Positions 1 through 12,450 of a stretch of DNA of 64,000 bases are shown in pieces. Both the position numbers and the translations under genes were made by a program. Source of the DNA: Octopus vulgaris. Lineage: Eukaryota. The notes under the pieces are model-generated. The model was not told the origin of the DNA and did no database searches. It worked only from the letters and a program-made list of their open reading frames with translations. Position 1 is the stretch's first letter, and every line of letters starts with the position of its first letter. Location: contig OX597821.1 in the NCBI GenBank assembly GCA_951406725.2, positions 3,410,001 to 3,474,000 on the forward strand, written 5' to 3'.

Positions 1-830
1 TCCCCAAGAACGTGATCACAATTTTCCTCCGCTAATTCTCTATAAAAGGCTAAAGTGGACGCTCCGCCTGTCGTAGTGACTGACTGGCTGAGTACTGTGA
101 GGGCTTCAAGAAATTCCTTTTTCCAAATGCTCCCTCTCGATCTCTGTTTTACCTAGAGCTGCAGTTCTGCTAAAGAAACTAGCTGCGGAAATACGTCTCT
201 GGTGAACGGCGACCACACCTGTTCACTGTCAAAGGAACACTGGAGATGCCGTGGCCTCAACGCATGTCTACGCATCCCCAACCACGGCATATTTGATCAC
301 CACGCAGTGGGTGTTGACAGCAGACAGACCACCTGATCATCTTCCACAAAAAGCGGAAATGTATACACTCCAGCGTCATTAGACGGTGCCCGGGAAAAGG
401 CACGACGGTCCAGTGATATTAGATGACGAACGCAATATACTCGTTAGCCACCTCTGCTATGCCTTTCTGGGATAGCTTTCGCTCGATCCATTTCTGGTCC
501 GGTTCGAATCAGACCCCCAACAATTTAACTGGTCCATCCTTCCAGCGCCCAATGATACTGTTGGATGGCATGTACTTACTTCTCCAGGTATCGAGCCGCA
601 GGCCTACTGATTTTTAATGGTTAATCGACGCTCTTGAAGCTGCCTCGAAGTGCCTGAGAGCGGTGTTTGTGATCCGATAGCACACGAATCATCCCTAACC
701 AAGGTCATGACAATAAAAGCCTCTAGTATGTGTAGGCGTGGCTTGAGATTCAGTACATACAAGAGAGACGAGAAGAGGAAACTTACTAAAGGCACAAAGC
801 ATGAAATTTGTGGGGAGGGGACTAATCGAT
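1..830 (-). mobile_element. Degenerate L1/Tx1-clade LINE ORF2 fragment (RT C-terminal half and thumb region), running off the window start
   Basis: Minus-strand translation with stops and frameshifts gives SSLLYVLNLKP (motif B-like), LRHFEAASRASINH*KS, VKLLGV*F, KWIERKLSQKG..EVAN.YI, FRFLWK..R..CCQHPLRG and MPWL..RRHAL, in the order typical of L1/Tx1 ORF2. The YADD segment appears deleted. Confidence 0.8.
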
Positions 831-834
831 TAAA

Positions 835-933
835 TCGACCTCGGAGAAATTTGAACACAGAACGTAGCGACGGGCAAACTGTCCCTAAGCATTTCCTTCA
901 GCGCTCTAACGTTTCTGCCAGCTCGCCGCTTTA
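835..933 (-). mobile_element. SINE family A, tRNA-like head fragment
   Basis: Matches the head of the copies at 965-1179 and 14305-14533 (gtttctgccagctcgccg; aatttgaac). Confidence 0.7.
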
Positions 934-964
934 GTAACAATAACAATATTAACAATGATTATAA

Positions 965-1179
965 TGGTTTCATATTTTTCCACACGGGCAGCAATTTGGA
1001 GAAAGGAGATGAGTCAATTACATTGACACCAGTGTCCAACTGGTACTTATTTTATCGACCCTGAAAGGATGAAAGGTAAAGTCGCCATCAGTGGAATTTG
1101 AACTCGGAACGTAGCGACGGGCGAAATACCGGTAAGCACTAAGTCCCGTATGCTAACGATTCAGTCAGTTCGCCGCCTT
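965..1179 (-). mobile_element. SINE family A (tRNA-derived head plus Meta-domain-like core)
   Basis: Minus strand: aggcggcgaactgactgaatcgttagc...gagttcaaattcc (Pol III B-box-like), then ctttacctttcatcctttcagggtcgataaaataagtaccag, resembling the MetaSINE core. Several copies in the window. Confidence 0.8.
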
Positions 1180-1468
<289 letters not shown>

Positions 1469-1469
1469 C

Positions 1470-2095
1470 AACTGAGGGAGAAAATGTAACTATGTTTTGG
1501 GTTTTCCCAGTATGTACAGACCGGAACATCAAAGCAAATAAACCAGATGTTGTAGTGAATAAGCAAAACAATAAAGTCTGCTTCTTGATTGACATGAGCA
1601 TAGTCTATGGCAATAATATCTCGGCAAATGAATTTGATAAATATAAAGATTTGCTAATCGAAATCGGAAAGATGTGGTTACAGAAAGACGGTTACAGTAC
1701 CAGTGATTGTAGGAGCACTTGGAACGATCAAAAATGAAACTGAAAACTATTTAAGAAGGATCCCTGGCTTCACCATCTTAGCGGGAGGTGCAAAAGATTG
1801 TATTAACTGGTAACCGGTAACACGTATTGAGAAGAGTCACGTCACTGTGAATGTTCCTTTCTTTCTCCATCCTTTCTTTTATTTATTTACTTTTTTATAT
1901 TTTTTTTTTTTTTTTTTCTCTCTCTCTCTCTCTCTGTCTTCCCCTTTTTTGATTGTAAATGAACAATCTGGTGTATTTATTTTAATGGCTTACCAATGTA
2001 TACAGTATGTTTCTCTGCCCTAGGTGTCAGGAAGACACTCGGCAAAAATAGAAACAGAATTGAAAGATGCTAATGAAAATAATAATGATGATCAT
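1470..2095 (+). mobile_element. 5'-truncated R4/Dong-like non-LTR retrotransposon: restriction-like endonuclease region and 3' UTR
   Basis: TDRNIKANKPDVVV..NKVCFLIDMS...KYKDLLIEIGKMW /fs/ TVPVIVGALGTI...IPG /fs/ VQKIVLTG..HVLRRV, the PD..D..K RLE signature. ORF ends about 1850; 3' end runs into (TAA)n. Confidence 0.85.
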
Positions 2096-2105
2096 GATAA
2101 TAATA

Positions 2106-2110
<5 letters not shown>

Positions 2111-2200
<90 letters not shown>
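2111..2200. repeat. (TAA)n microsatellite
   Basis: Directly visible. Confidence 0.98.
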
Positions 2201-2202
<2 letters not shown>

Positions 2203-2368
2203 TAAATTGAAAATTGCTCTACTAGGCACTGCACACATCTTACGCAGAACACTTTCCATACAATTACCATCAGAGCATCACAACAAATCACAGCACATAC
2301 CCAAGGCACACAGAGCTGCGCTCGGTAGTGAAGTGAAAGCACGCTATAAAAATAACACTACTGAATGA
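2201..2368 (+). mobile_element. Extreme 3' end of a second R4/Dong-like element
   Basis: KIALLGTAHILRRTLSIQ is the C-terminus of RLE-type LINE ORFs. It has a short distinct 3' UTR and (TAA)n on both sides. Confidence 0.75.
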
Positions 2369-2382
2369 TAATAATAATAATG

Positions 2383-2472
<90 letters not shown>

Positions 2473-2477
2473 TGATA

Positions 2478-2564
<87 letters not shown>
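2369..2564. repeat. (TAA)n microsatellite, interrupted
   Basis: Directly visible. Confidence 0.98.
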
Positions 2565-2565
<1 letters not shown>

Positions 2566-2970
2566 GACCACTTGGCCTGAAGAAAATTCTAGGTGGACCC
2601 CACCCGCAAGATCATGCATGTTTATCTTGATATGAGATCACCATGTCGACCACATATATGGTTGTGATATTTGTGACTTGTCTACCCTTATCAGACGTGT
2701 AGTTATGATGGGTATACTGGGCTTCGTATATTTTAGCCCATTGTCACTTTGATGGCATGCACTTCTCTCTCACTCAACAACAATAATGATAATTGTTCTT
2801 CACTGACTGGAAATAATAATAGATCTTAATTGATTGGAAGTGTTATCATGTGCATTGTTTTGTCTTGGTATAAAGAATGGGCTACAGCAAATATTCTGCT
2901 CAATGCCAAAGATTTGCTTGTCATTTGTTTGATCATAACCTGTTGAGCTTATCCCATGGTGGCTGAAGAT

Positions 2971-3062
2971 GGTGGCGGAATTTGAACTCACAACGTGAAA
3001 ACGGACGAAATACCGTTAACCATTTCGTCCAGTGTGCTAACGATTCTGCCAGCTCGCTGCTT
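2971..3062 (-). mobile_element. SINE family A head fragment
   Basis: ggcggaatttgaactca...gctaacgattctgccagctcgc matches other family A copies. Confidence 0.75.
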
Positions 3063-3249
3063 TAATACTAATAATAATGGTTTCAGATGTTCCCACAAAT
3101 CTCCTACTGAGGGGCAACTTCATTCTCTACCATGCTGTTTGCACTTCGGTACACCACATGCTGCCTCGGGTGAAGGCCCAGACAGGCAGTCTGGTGAAGA
3201 CAATTTCAAATGCTTTGCCCCTGGTGTAAATGCGTTTCGTTCTAAACTG

Positions 3250-3780
3250 ATCACTCAAAGTCGACAAACGACGGACTGTCGACGACAACGAAGATATTAC
3301 TAAAAGATTTGGTTCCATATACATTAACAACAGAAAGGTGATCATCAGTATATACCAGCGGTTCTTCATAATCAGAAAGATCAACGAAGTTTGTCGTCAG
3401 TATAGCACATGAATTATTAAGATCTCGAATGTAGGAATTTATAAGTTTTATTTCGAAATAAGTCCGATGAATTCTTGTCGTTGCTCATCCTGTTGTTTGT
3501 CCGTTTGCTCTTTTTTTCGTATTTATGATTGAGGTTTTGTTGTTATTAATGTATTTCTTTATACTAAATTGAACTTTCTTAAAACGGTCTACCAATATCA
3601 ATCGTGTCGATATTCTAGACGAAGTAACAGATCTACAACTTCCAGTGTCCTCTGTATATTCTCTGACATGAGTTGGTGTGCTTTCATGGAAAAGTAGGTT
3701 GCTTTTTATTGCATTCCCTCTCTCTTAGTTGCGTCCTTGGTAGTTACTAATTACGATGATTTTCAAAATATACTGCTCAT
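3250..3780 (-). pseudogene. Terminal-exon remnant (putative cytoplasmic tail)
   Basis: About 175 codons in one minus frame with only two internal stops despite high AT content: ...STPTHVREYTEDTGSCRS...DLSDYEEPLVYTDDHLSVVNVYG...FVDFE*. Confidence 0.45.
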
Positions 3781-3781
3781 A

Positions 3782-4165
3782 TCTATTATATAAAATCCGT
3801 TCTGTCTGACCGTGTGTATGCCTTCTAGGATCTCGAGCATCCTCCATCCGACTGCGCTCAAATTTCATATGTATTTCATACATATGACGGTATCAGGGCG
3901 TGTATAAATCTTGAAAATATTACAAAAATCGATTCCATGTGAGAATGCAATCTATAAAGACGTGGGAACGTGCATTTGTACAATCGTTTTTCTTGGAATA
4001 GAAAAAAGTCTATCTTTATTTCTTCTTTTGCTGGTGTCTCAAATTTAGGTTAAATCAATGTTTCTCAAAGGGAGTCCTATGGGACGGTCAGACAAGTTGT
4101 TTTGAGAAAATTTGGTTTAAATGTTTCACAACACAGCATCGTCCATTGGACGGGGGGATTGCTCG
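3782..4165 (+). mobile_element. Non-autonomous Helitron-like element
   Basis: Starts A|TCTATTATATAAAA and ends with hairpin cgtcc-att-ggacg followed by CTCG|T (CTAG variant). Inserted between A and T with no TSD. Confidence 0.65.
4056..4114. mobile_element. 59-bp hAT-type mini-MITE nested in the Helitron
   Basis: Imperfect TIRs caatgtttctcaaa / tttgagaaaatttg; 8-bp TSD ggttaaat / gtttaaat (7/8). Confidence 0.55.
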
Positions 4166-4635
4166 TAATATATATGTAACCGTAAAACTCAATACAATTG
4201 AATGAGATACGATAGACTACATTTGCTTTAAGAAATGTAAGCTGTATTTCAGAAACTCAAGGCCTATTCCTATAGCAAATGAACGAAAGTATGAATGAAT
4301 TTCTGTAAAACATTATATACTGCAGATGTAGGAGAATTTTGAATCATGTCATCTTTCAAAAGATATGAGCCTTATATTTTGAAGAATAAAACTCATAAGC
4401 GATTATAGCACTAATAAAATCGTCAGTACATAGAGTTTGTTTAGATATATCAAATAATATCTAATACATATTGGAATATAGGTATGTTTTTTTAAATACA
4501 TTTAGACTTCCACCCTCCCATCTAAAACATACACACACACACGCACATATATATATATATATACACACGTAGTAAAGCATATATAACTGTTTGCGTAACT
4601 AGCACAATAATATCATTCGAACATAATACTAATTC

Positions 4636-4669
<34 letters not shown>

Positions 4670-4724
4670 TTTAATAATAATAATAATAATAATAATTTTA
4701 ATAATAATAATAATAATAATAATT

Positions 4725-4769
<45 letters not shown>

Positions 4770-4932
4770 TCAATGCACGTCATAATGATTGTATTGACAA
4801 TGCGGTAATATAACGTCAATAAAAATATTAATATCATTTAAGTCTGTACATATCCAAAGCGCTTTGTAATAAATGATAAAACGTATATCAATAGAGAGCT
4901 CTCAATTACTGGAGGGAGGTAAGTGTACTGTG
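4166..4932 (-). pseudogene. SEFIR/TIR-like domain remnant, split by a (TAA)n tract and a short microsatellite intron
   Basis: Acceptors at 4933-4934 and 4522-4523. Peptides in order: PPVIESSLLIYV / TDLNDINIFIDV / ELVLCSNDIIVLVTQTVIYALLR-W / DDFISAIIAYEFYSSKYKAHIF / NSPTSAVYNVLQKFIHTFVHLL, matching the order of SEFIR blocks. Confidence 0.45.
4636..4767. repeat. (TAA)n microsatellite with 27-bp higher-order period
   Basis: TAA runs punctuated three times by TTT at regular spacing. Confidence 0.95.
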
Positions 4933-5101
4933 CTGCATGGAATAAAGTAGAATAGTATTTCTTTATTTTTTCTCTTCTATTATATTTTCTTTGCTTATTT
5001 GTATAAATGCAGTATGCAAACTTTTAATATATAATACGTACATATACATGCATATATATATATATTTATATATATATATATATACATACATGCATGCATG
5101 C

Positions 5102-5141
<40 letters not shown>

Positions 5142-5307
5142 ATATAATAATATATTATATTATATTGCATGTATCATTTTCAAAGAAATATTTCAAACAT
5201 AAATTTGTTTCAGAGACTCTTGGCAAATGAAATAATGCACACATACACCACACATACTCGCACGCACACCCACAGACACACATACACACATACACACACA
5301 CAGACAC

Positions 5308-5347
<40 letters not shown>

Positions 5348-5914
5348 GCACATGGATATATATCTATATATATATATCTATATCTATATATATATATATG
5401 TATATACAAACAAGCAGACATGTAAACTATAACAGATTTTAAACAAAATCACACAATACAGAATCGAATCAAACGTAAATACCTACACAATGGAATTTAT
5501 AGACAATCATCATTCAAAACAAATATATACTGAATGGTATACAAAGACTGTATCGCAGTGAGGATGTAGGAAATTAATTCACTGTTGTGAATAGGCAGAA
5601 AAGAATACTTTGAAAAGATTTACGGCAAATTGCATTTCGGAAGTACTGTGTTCTGTGTGTTCTCTACATACACACGGTTTTTCTCTGATTCTAAAAGTTC
5701 TAAATCATGTATAGGTATATCTATAAATTTATTTGTTTAGTTATTCATATATAATGCTTTATATACTTTATATAAGATATTGAATATATCTATAGGTTTT
5801 CATTCAACATTCTACGTAATAAATAGTTGTTAACATCCTTTCTTTGTACAGTATATAGGTAGATATGTCATTCACTCGTTCTCTCCCTTCTACTATTTAT
5901 TTCTTTACACATGT

Positions 5915-5946
<32 letters not shown>

Positions 5947-5991
5947 ATATATATTCATACATACATACAAACACACACACACACGTGTGTG

Positions 5992-6052
<61 letters not shown>

Positions 6053-6631
6053 TTATATATCAGTATATATATACCTATATATATACATATACCCATACAT
6101 GCAGTCAAACAGACACACCACACACATATATATATATATATATATATACATACACACATATACATATATATGTGTGTGTGTGTGTGTGTGTATGTATATA
6201 TGTATATAGGCAAAAACAGATAGATAGATTGATAGATAGATAGATAGATAGATGGATATGTTGATAGATAGATATGTATGATAGATAGATTGAGATATAT
6301 ATAGCTGTTTCATTGTTTAATATTCGTATAGAAAATATATATCGATCCAACAATCTCTTACAAAACACGTGCACACACAAGCATTACTGCGCTCGCATAC
6401 ACATACACACGCAAACAATCGCACATACACACCCAGACATACACCCATACGTCGTCGCTCTGAATATTTCTCTCTCTACTTCGAATTATTACTGTTCCAA
6501 TATTGAAATATGAAAGAATATACAGTAATTAGCTAGTAAGTTGATCGTCTCGGTTCTTTAGAATATGAATGATCTATGCGTGTCTATCTGGGTCTGCAAA
6601 TGTGTGTTCGTGTCCGTATATGTAGAGGGAT

Positions 6632-6677
<46 letters not shown>

Positions 6678-6780
6678 TTGTGTGTCTGTGTGTATTTGTA
6701 TGTGCTATAAAACATGAAACAGACATTATATATATTTATATTTTATATAACGTTTCTGTTTCATGTTTCATGCATACACA

Positions 6781-6825
<45 letters not shown>

Positions 6826-6829
6826 GTGT

Positions 6830-6867
<38 letters not shown>

Positions 6868-7023
6868 TTTAATTCGTTTAAAATGAAATCTATATTTTTC
6901 TGTGAAGATTTGAAGCAAAAATTTACAAATAAATGCGTATTTACATCGACCTGTACATGAGAATTTGGTTCAATTCTTGTCATTTACATTTCACACTTTA
7001 TCTCACATAAAAAAAAATAATAA

Positions 7024-7266
7024 ATGCTCCCTTTTAAAGCCTAGCCAGGCTCATAGGCCCGGTTTCCCGGTTTCTATGGCGTATGTGTTCCTCAGCTGGA
7101 TGGGACGCTAATCCACCGGAGCGTTACTCATTTTTGCTAGCTGAGTGGACTGGAGCAACGTGAAATGAAGTGTTTTGCTCAAGAATACAACGCGTCGCTC
7201 GGCCCAGGAATCGAAACCACAATCTTACGATCATGGTGCTGACACGCTAACCACTAAATCACGCTC
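7024..7266 (-). mobile_element. SINE family B (tRNA head plus CORE-like segment), near full length
   Basis: Reverse complement closely matches 63345-63590. Contains tagtggttag (A-box-like), gtttcgattcc (B-box-like) and ttcttgagcaaaacactt. Confidence 0.85.
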
Positions 7267-7344
7267 CTTTCCCTTTATCTCACATACACGCTCTTTATTT
7301 TTGCATCATCTGAATGATATCGATATTATTCAAAGTGCTAACAC

Positions 7345-7705
7345 CTTACGTACGGTATCCATGCTCTTTCTTCGCAGTCTCCATTTCTTTCTCTACTCCA
7401 GTTTTTTTGCCGCTGTAATGCGGTCCCATTGAAATAATTCTCTGCGGAAGATTTATCTTCAGTACACACATAGATTGATGCTAAAACCTAATATCAGCCG
7501 CAATACTTTCACAGTTTTGAAAATGGTATAGACAACTGTCTCTCGATTCCCCTTAGGTTTTAAAACTTATTGTTTAAATTTGTATGTTGATGCAGCATTT
7601 TATGTATTACAGCTTTTGCAAGGGTTATTAGTACTGTTGAAACATTTCAATATCAGGAAAAAAAAATCAACGTCTTTATGTAATTAATTTTTTCTTTCTC
7701 TATAT
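7345..7705 (-). pseudogene. Putative transmembrane and juxtamembrane exon remnants
   Basis: Acceptors ttcgtttcgcag (7706) and tcttccgcag (7442); hydrophobic stretch TLIFF...VSTVLITLA; open frame ENYFNGTALQRQ...AWIPY ending at gtacgt/gtaagg donors. Exact TM position ambiguous. Confidence 0.3.
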
Positions 7706-7944
7706 CTGCGAAACGAACCATGACCGAAAATAAATACTAAATTATTAGTATAACTGATATTGCAAATTTATTCCTCTTATATAAATACTGTTTTACAGTA
7801 AATTAAACAAGTTATTTTCTTTCATTATATGGAGTCGGGTAAAAAGAACGCTAGACTACTTTGAACATGAGACGATATGGCGATTACAATTCTCGGTTAA
7901 AAAACAGCTCAGTGTCTTAATAACAAATCCTATACAGATCAGGA

Positions 7945-8170
7945 ATGAGGGTATCCTAGTGGATCAGGCGTTACGTTGTGTTCTTGAACAAAACATTTCA
8001 TCTCAAGTTGATCCGCGACCACTTCGACAACTGTCGTGTGGTATAGCATGCACCACTTCAGGCAATGTAGATTAGTTGGATCGATTCAGTTAACGTACAG
8101 CACGAACATTTGTTCACTATAAATACATCAGTTGTGCAGGTTGTAGAACCATCTTTGTCGTACTTCGAGA
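7945..8170 (+). mobile_element. Degraded SINE, family B-related
   Basis: gttgtgttcttgaacaaaacatttcat core similarity. Confidence 0.45.
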
Positions 8171-8513
8171 GTCTACCATCACCTTTATCTCGACTTAATT
8201 TAGCGGACAGTCATTGCTACGTTACTGGCACTTAAGCTATTACTTCCGTTTCCTCCATTCGGCTTTTACATCCATTCCTCAAATTACAGATGACATTCAA
8301 CAAAAAACTGTATTAAAATATGTGGGTTTACATTATACATTTTGTACTAAAAATTTACTCCTGGAAAATTCCTCACGTTTCCACTGATTATTCAGTTACA
8401 ATACATATTTTCGTGCTGAACATCAGGAATATTAGCTTCACCAGTATGTTAAGTCTTGAACTGTGTTGTCTACAACAAACTAAAATGAAATCTAGCAAGA
8501 AAATCCAGTGTAC

Positions 8514-8668
8514 TTAAGGTGTAATTGACCGAAGGTTATAAAACTCTAAAGACGTTTGTCCAGGATTTTTCACTGAGCAGATTAATAAGAATCCTATTGG
8601 TTGGAGAGGTCAATTTCCCAGTCCTTGCATTCCACAGTATAGAAAATATCTGGATAAACCTCCTCAAT
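8514..8668 (-). pseudogene. FN3-like exon remnant
   Basis: With frameshifts: IEEVYPDIFYTVECKDW / CSVKNPGQTSLEFYNL / PSVNYTL. The acceptor reads ttttacat rather than ..cag. Confidence 0.4.
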
Positions 8669-8808
8669 ATGTAAAACGATTACGGTTGCATTGCATTGAT
8701 AAATAATAATCGAGTAAAATAGAAATCGGTGTCGTATTCCATATACAGGCTTTCAGAAACATTGCCCTATCATACATATATATATATCTATCTATCTATC
8801 TATATATA

Positions 8809-8885
<77 letters not shown>

Positions 8886-9324
8886 TTTTTAGGGAATATT
8901 AATCCAAACTTACAGGGAAAAAATTCAATTTAGAAATACTAAATCAAATTTCATACAATATAATATATATGTTATATTGAATATTATATATTTATATATA
9001 TAAAATGAACCCCAGTTCGGACCCATAGTAACTTCGTTTATCGTCAATTGTCTGCATAATAGATTTGTGTTACTTTCGATTCAAAAGATGTAACCTAAAC
9101 ACACGCATTGTCTAACGCGCATTCTGCATGAGTATTCTGTTAATCTATAGAACACGTACTTCTGGTATACGCTGTCACATTCATGGTAATTCAGAAGCAG
9201 TTAGTTTAGTCGATCGAACAATATATCTCAACGGGGTTCCACAAAACAAATATCTACTGGTAATGCAACTTTTGTGCACACCACCATATGTGTGTGTGTG
9301 TGTGTTTGTGTGTTTGTGTGTGTG

Positions 9325-9567
9325 AAGGCTCAGTGGATAGAGCGTGGGGCTCACAATAACGAGGAAGTGAGTTTACATAGTGACATTTTATTACACGTTG
9401 CACAAGTTCTGTCAGCTGCAGAAATGAGTGCGATGTCACTGGTGCCGAGCTGTATCGGCCTTTGCTTAAACAACATCGGTGTGTAACAGCTGATTGTCCA
9501 TAAAAAATCCTTGACTTGGAGGGTAACTTTCGAGGTGCAATCCCATGAGCATTCATGACTAAAGGGT
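9325..9567 (+). mobile_element. SINE family B2 (B-type head/core, alternative tail)
   Basis: Colinear with 50930-51265, including tail ggagggtaacttt...gtgcaatcccatg...ttcatgac. Confidence 0.7.
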
Positions 9568-9774
9568 GTCTTTTCCCATCACCCTTTTACTCTTTATATA
9601 TATATGTTCAGAAGTACAACGTAGATATAAAATATATAATTATGTATGCTCGGTATATCATGTCCCGCATCAAGGTTTTAGAAATCTCTTAATAAATGTA
9701 CTTACATATTACATGAACATATTTCGTTACTTTCCCTACTTATTTAAATTCAGGTGAACTTTGATTGTTTTATA

Positions 9775-9968
9775 CGAGGGCGTGCTGAACAGTTCCTGGC
9801 ATTGACTAAAACAAAATATAGGAGAATCAATTAATTATGATTTATTCAACATTTTCCTCTCTCACACACTTATTGCAGCGTTCCTTTAGTTTTTCTAAGA
9901 CCTGTAAAATAATTCAAAAGTTTGGGCCTCGATACACTTAAAACCAGAAACTTTTCACCACGCCCTTG
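9775..9968. mobile_element. Mariner-type MITE
   Basis: TIRs cgagggcgtgctgaacagttcctgg / ccagaaacttttcaccacgcccttg with TA on both sides. Confidence 0.8.
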
Positions 9969-10036
9969 TATTTGATAAAATATTTCCTGTTTTGAACATT
10001 CATTTTCTTTCTTTCTCAGTGGGTATATTTTTCTAC

Positions 10037-10119
10037 GTATTCTATTATGTTTAAAGACAGTTTTGTATATTTTCAGATAGATCTGGCGGTTATTACGAGA
10101 GGATCAAACGATCATGTAG
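10037..10119 (-). pseudogene. Ectodomain exon remnant
   Basis: Acceptor cttatcgtaacag; phase-1 start compatible with the upstream exon; (P)T*SFDPLVITARSI*KYTKLSLN with two TGA stops. Confidence 0.4.
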
Positions 10120-10638
10120 CTGTTACGATAAGCGGTAATTAAATAATTATTTATATACATGAAAAAAGTATTCCCTAGGTAGTTGTAAATCGTTTGTCAT
10201 ATTGGATGTCATGTTCGTGCAAGTTATTCCCTTTCATGTTCCTGCTCACTTGCTTATATTTATTTATTTGAAAATAACGGTTGTTACAGGTGATAATTGT
10301 AACACATTTACTTTATCGCTAAGTAAAAAGAAGAAATATAATTGATAATATGTTTGCAGTATTTCTCATACTTCACGAAAGAAAAAATTTCATGATTTAG
10401 TTTAAGTGATTATACATTTTTTGTATGTATTAAACTTATATAATATATGTAAACATTTAAAGAATAAACTCATTTTATTTTCAATTATATTAAATCGTGT
10501 TGATAGAAGAGAAATAAAAAATAAACAGTAAAGAATAGAAAATATATGAAAAACTCATAAATGTCTGTGATATGAAAAATATGCATATATTTACTCTCAC
10601 CTACATCAATTTTTATGTTATACATATAAATTATTCAC

Positions 10639-10782
10639 GTAAGTTTTGTGTGATGATTAAATATTTTAAACATTTTGTTAATTTTCCAGACGTCTGAGAT
10701 AAATTTGTTACTTTATCTGTCGGTGCGATCGATAAACGAAATATATAATGCAAAATATACAGCACTCCCGTAGAAACGACTG
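10639..10782 (-). pseudogene. Ectodomain exon, stop-free
   Basis: 144 nt, ag...gtgaat, phase 1-1; VVSTGVLYILHYIFRLSIAPTDKVTNLSQTSGKLTKCLKYLIITQNL. Confidence 0.5.
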
Positions 10783-11280
10783 CTTTGTAAGTATACAAAT
10801 TTAACCGAGAAAAAAATAGAAAAAACTAACTACATTACAAAGAGCAACCAGATACATTTGTCTAGCCAAACATGATTGAAAAAGTGCTGCCGGGTTTTAT
10901 TGATATTCAAATGCTAAATCTATATTCAGTTTATAAACTTTTTAGAATTAAGTAATACGAGATATTAAGTTAGGCTTTTCTTGCTTTATATATCACATTA
11001 TTATTGACATTCCATGAGCAAATATTGAAGCAGAAGAATATTAATAGCACTGATAACAATATATCTCATACGCCATATGTGTATACCGCGGATTTCTCAT
11101 TTCAGAAACAAATTTTTAAGCGGTTATTTTTCCATAGATTAAAAACATTTTCATCCTCAACCATAACTATGCGTCATCGAGTTTGTTAGCTAGGTTTTTA
11201 GAACGAAAATTTCAATCTGTAACATTTTCGTTGTAGCAAAAACAAGCATTAGAAGTTTTAAATTCAATTATGTTATTCAC

Positions 11281-11434
11281 TTCTGTCTTCATCGAAATTC
11301 TTTCTTTTTCTCATCACGAAATCAAAAATGCTTTGTACAATAATTTCCACTTCTCTTCAAAACGAGAGTCTTTTGCCGGTGGACTGTATACAATATTCAG
11401 GTTGATGAAGCATCCCTAGGTGAAGCACACCCAT
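11281..11434 (-). pseudogene. Ectodomain exon remnant
   Basis: atatttcag acceptor and gtgaat donor; LNIVYSPPAKDS and SIFDF segments lie in different frames. Confidence 0.4.
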
Positions 11435-11829
11435 CTGAAATATGGCTCCAAGAATTTGTAATATGTTCAAGGTTTAAGTATAACAAATACCGGATATTAT
11501 GCACTTATTGCTTCGCGTTGTTTCCATCCTCAGACATGAAAATCGATTCTGGCCGACTGAGCGAATGGGATAAATAAACCGTTTAGGTTTCCATTGTCAA
11601 AAGTGCGGGCTCGGTGAGCATTATGGAATGCTAAGAACATATTGAAACATTAGAACAATCCTGGTCATATAATCCATCGACAAATATTTGTACTTACTTT
11701 CAACGTCTATGAGAAAGGATATCCAAAAAATGATACGAGGAGGATTGTGCTACACTCTCTGAACAGGATCAGCTTATGCGCAGTTAATGCCGTCGTTAAG
11801 ATGGACAAGCGCAAATAAGCATGTGAAAA

Positions 11830-12450
11830 TCAATGGAAGCAGTAGTCACATTTACAAGTGAAACAGGGATGGATTATCATGCGACTCATTGCGTCGTTTG
11901 AAGAAGAACCCAGCGCTAAACTCCATTTCATGTGTAAGATGTTAAAATTGTCTGTCCTCCTCATTCAGGTCAAGTTTTTCTTGTACATGCGATGCATTCT
12001 CAATCTAAAATTTTGTCATAGTCAAATGGGCATAGCTTGTCAAAGTTCTCTCTTTGACAATTCATAACCTGAATGACGCCAACAACATATTTGCCAAAAC
12101 CAGAATAGCTTTCAATAGATATCATCAGAACGTGAAGGCGAAATGCTGGCAACACTGCAAATTGCAGAGAATATGTCATATATATTGGTTGGTCGTGGTC
12201 TCAAACAGAGAGGATCGAAAATAGTCGATTTTCCTGACTTCTCCTTGTTGTATACAGCTGCACTTGAACGCAGATATTTACAGAAAGGCGAAAGATTTAT
12301 CCGCAAACCCTACGATGATTCTCAATGCTTCTCCAAATAAGATTAGTAACACGCTAGGGTCACAGGAGAGCTATGTTTCTAAGATTCTACACCAAAATAT
12401 CTCACAAGAGACGAAGCTACATTAATATCAAACTGATGAATAGAAAAGGG
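11830..12450 (+). mobile_element. Highly degraded RTE-clade LINE fragment (end of RT and C-terminus)
   Basis: *LVKVLSLTIHNLNDANNIFAKTRIAFNRYHQNV resembles RTE YLGSTLS...DEVNNRIAKASAAFGRL..NVW, followed by LQRICHIYW, FPDFSLL and DDSQCFSK. Confidence 0.5.

Noticed and set aside
3231-3420. Plus-strand FN3-like peptide TTKILLKDLVPYT
   Set aside because: Frame has several stops; the minus frame is much more open and fits the rest of the minus-strand gene
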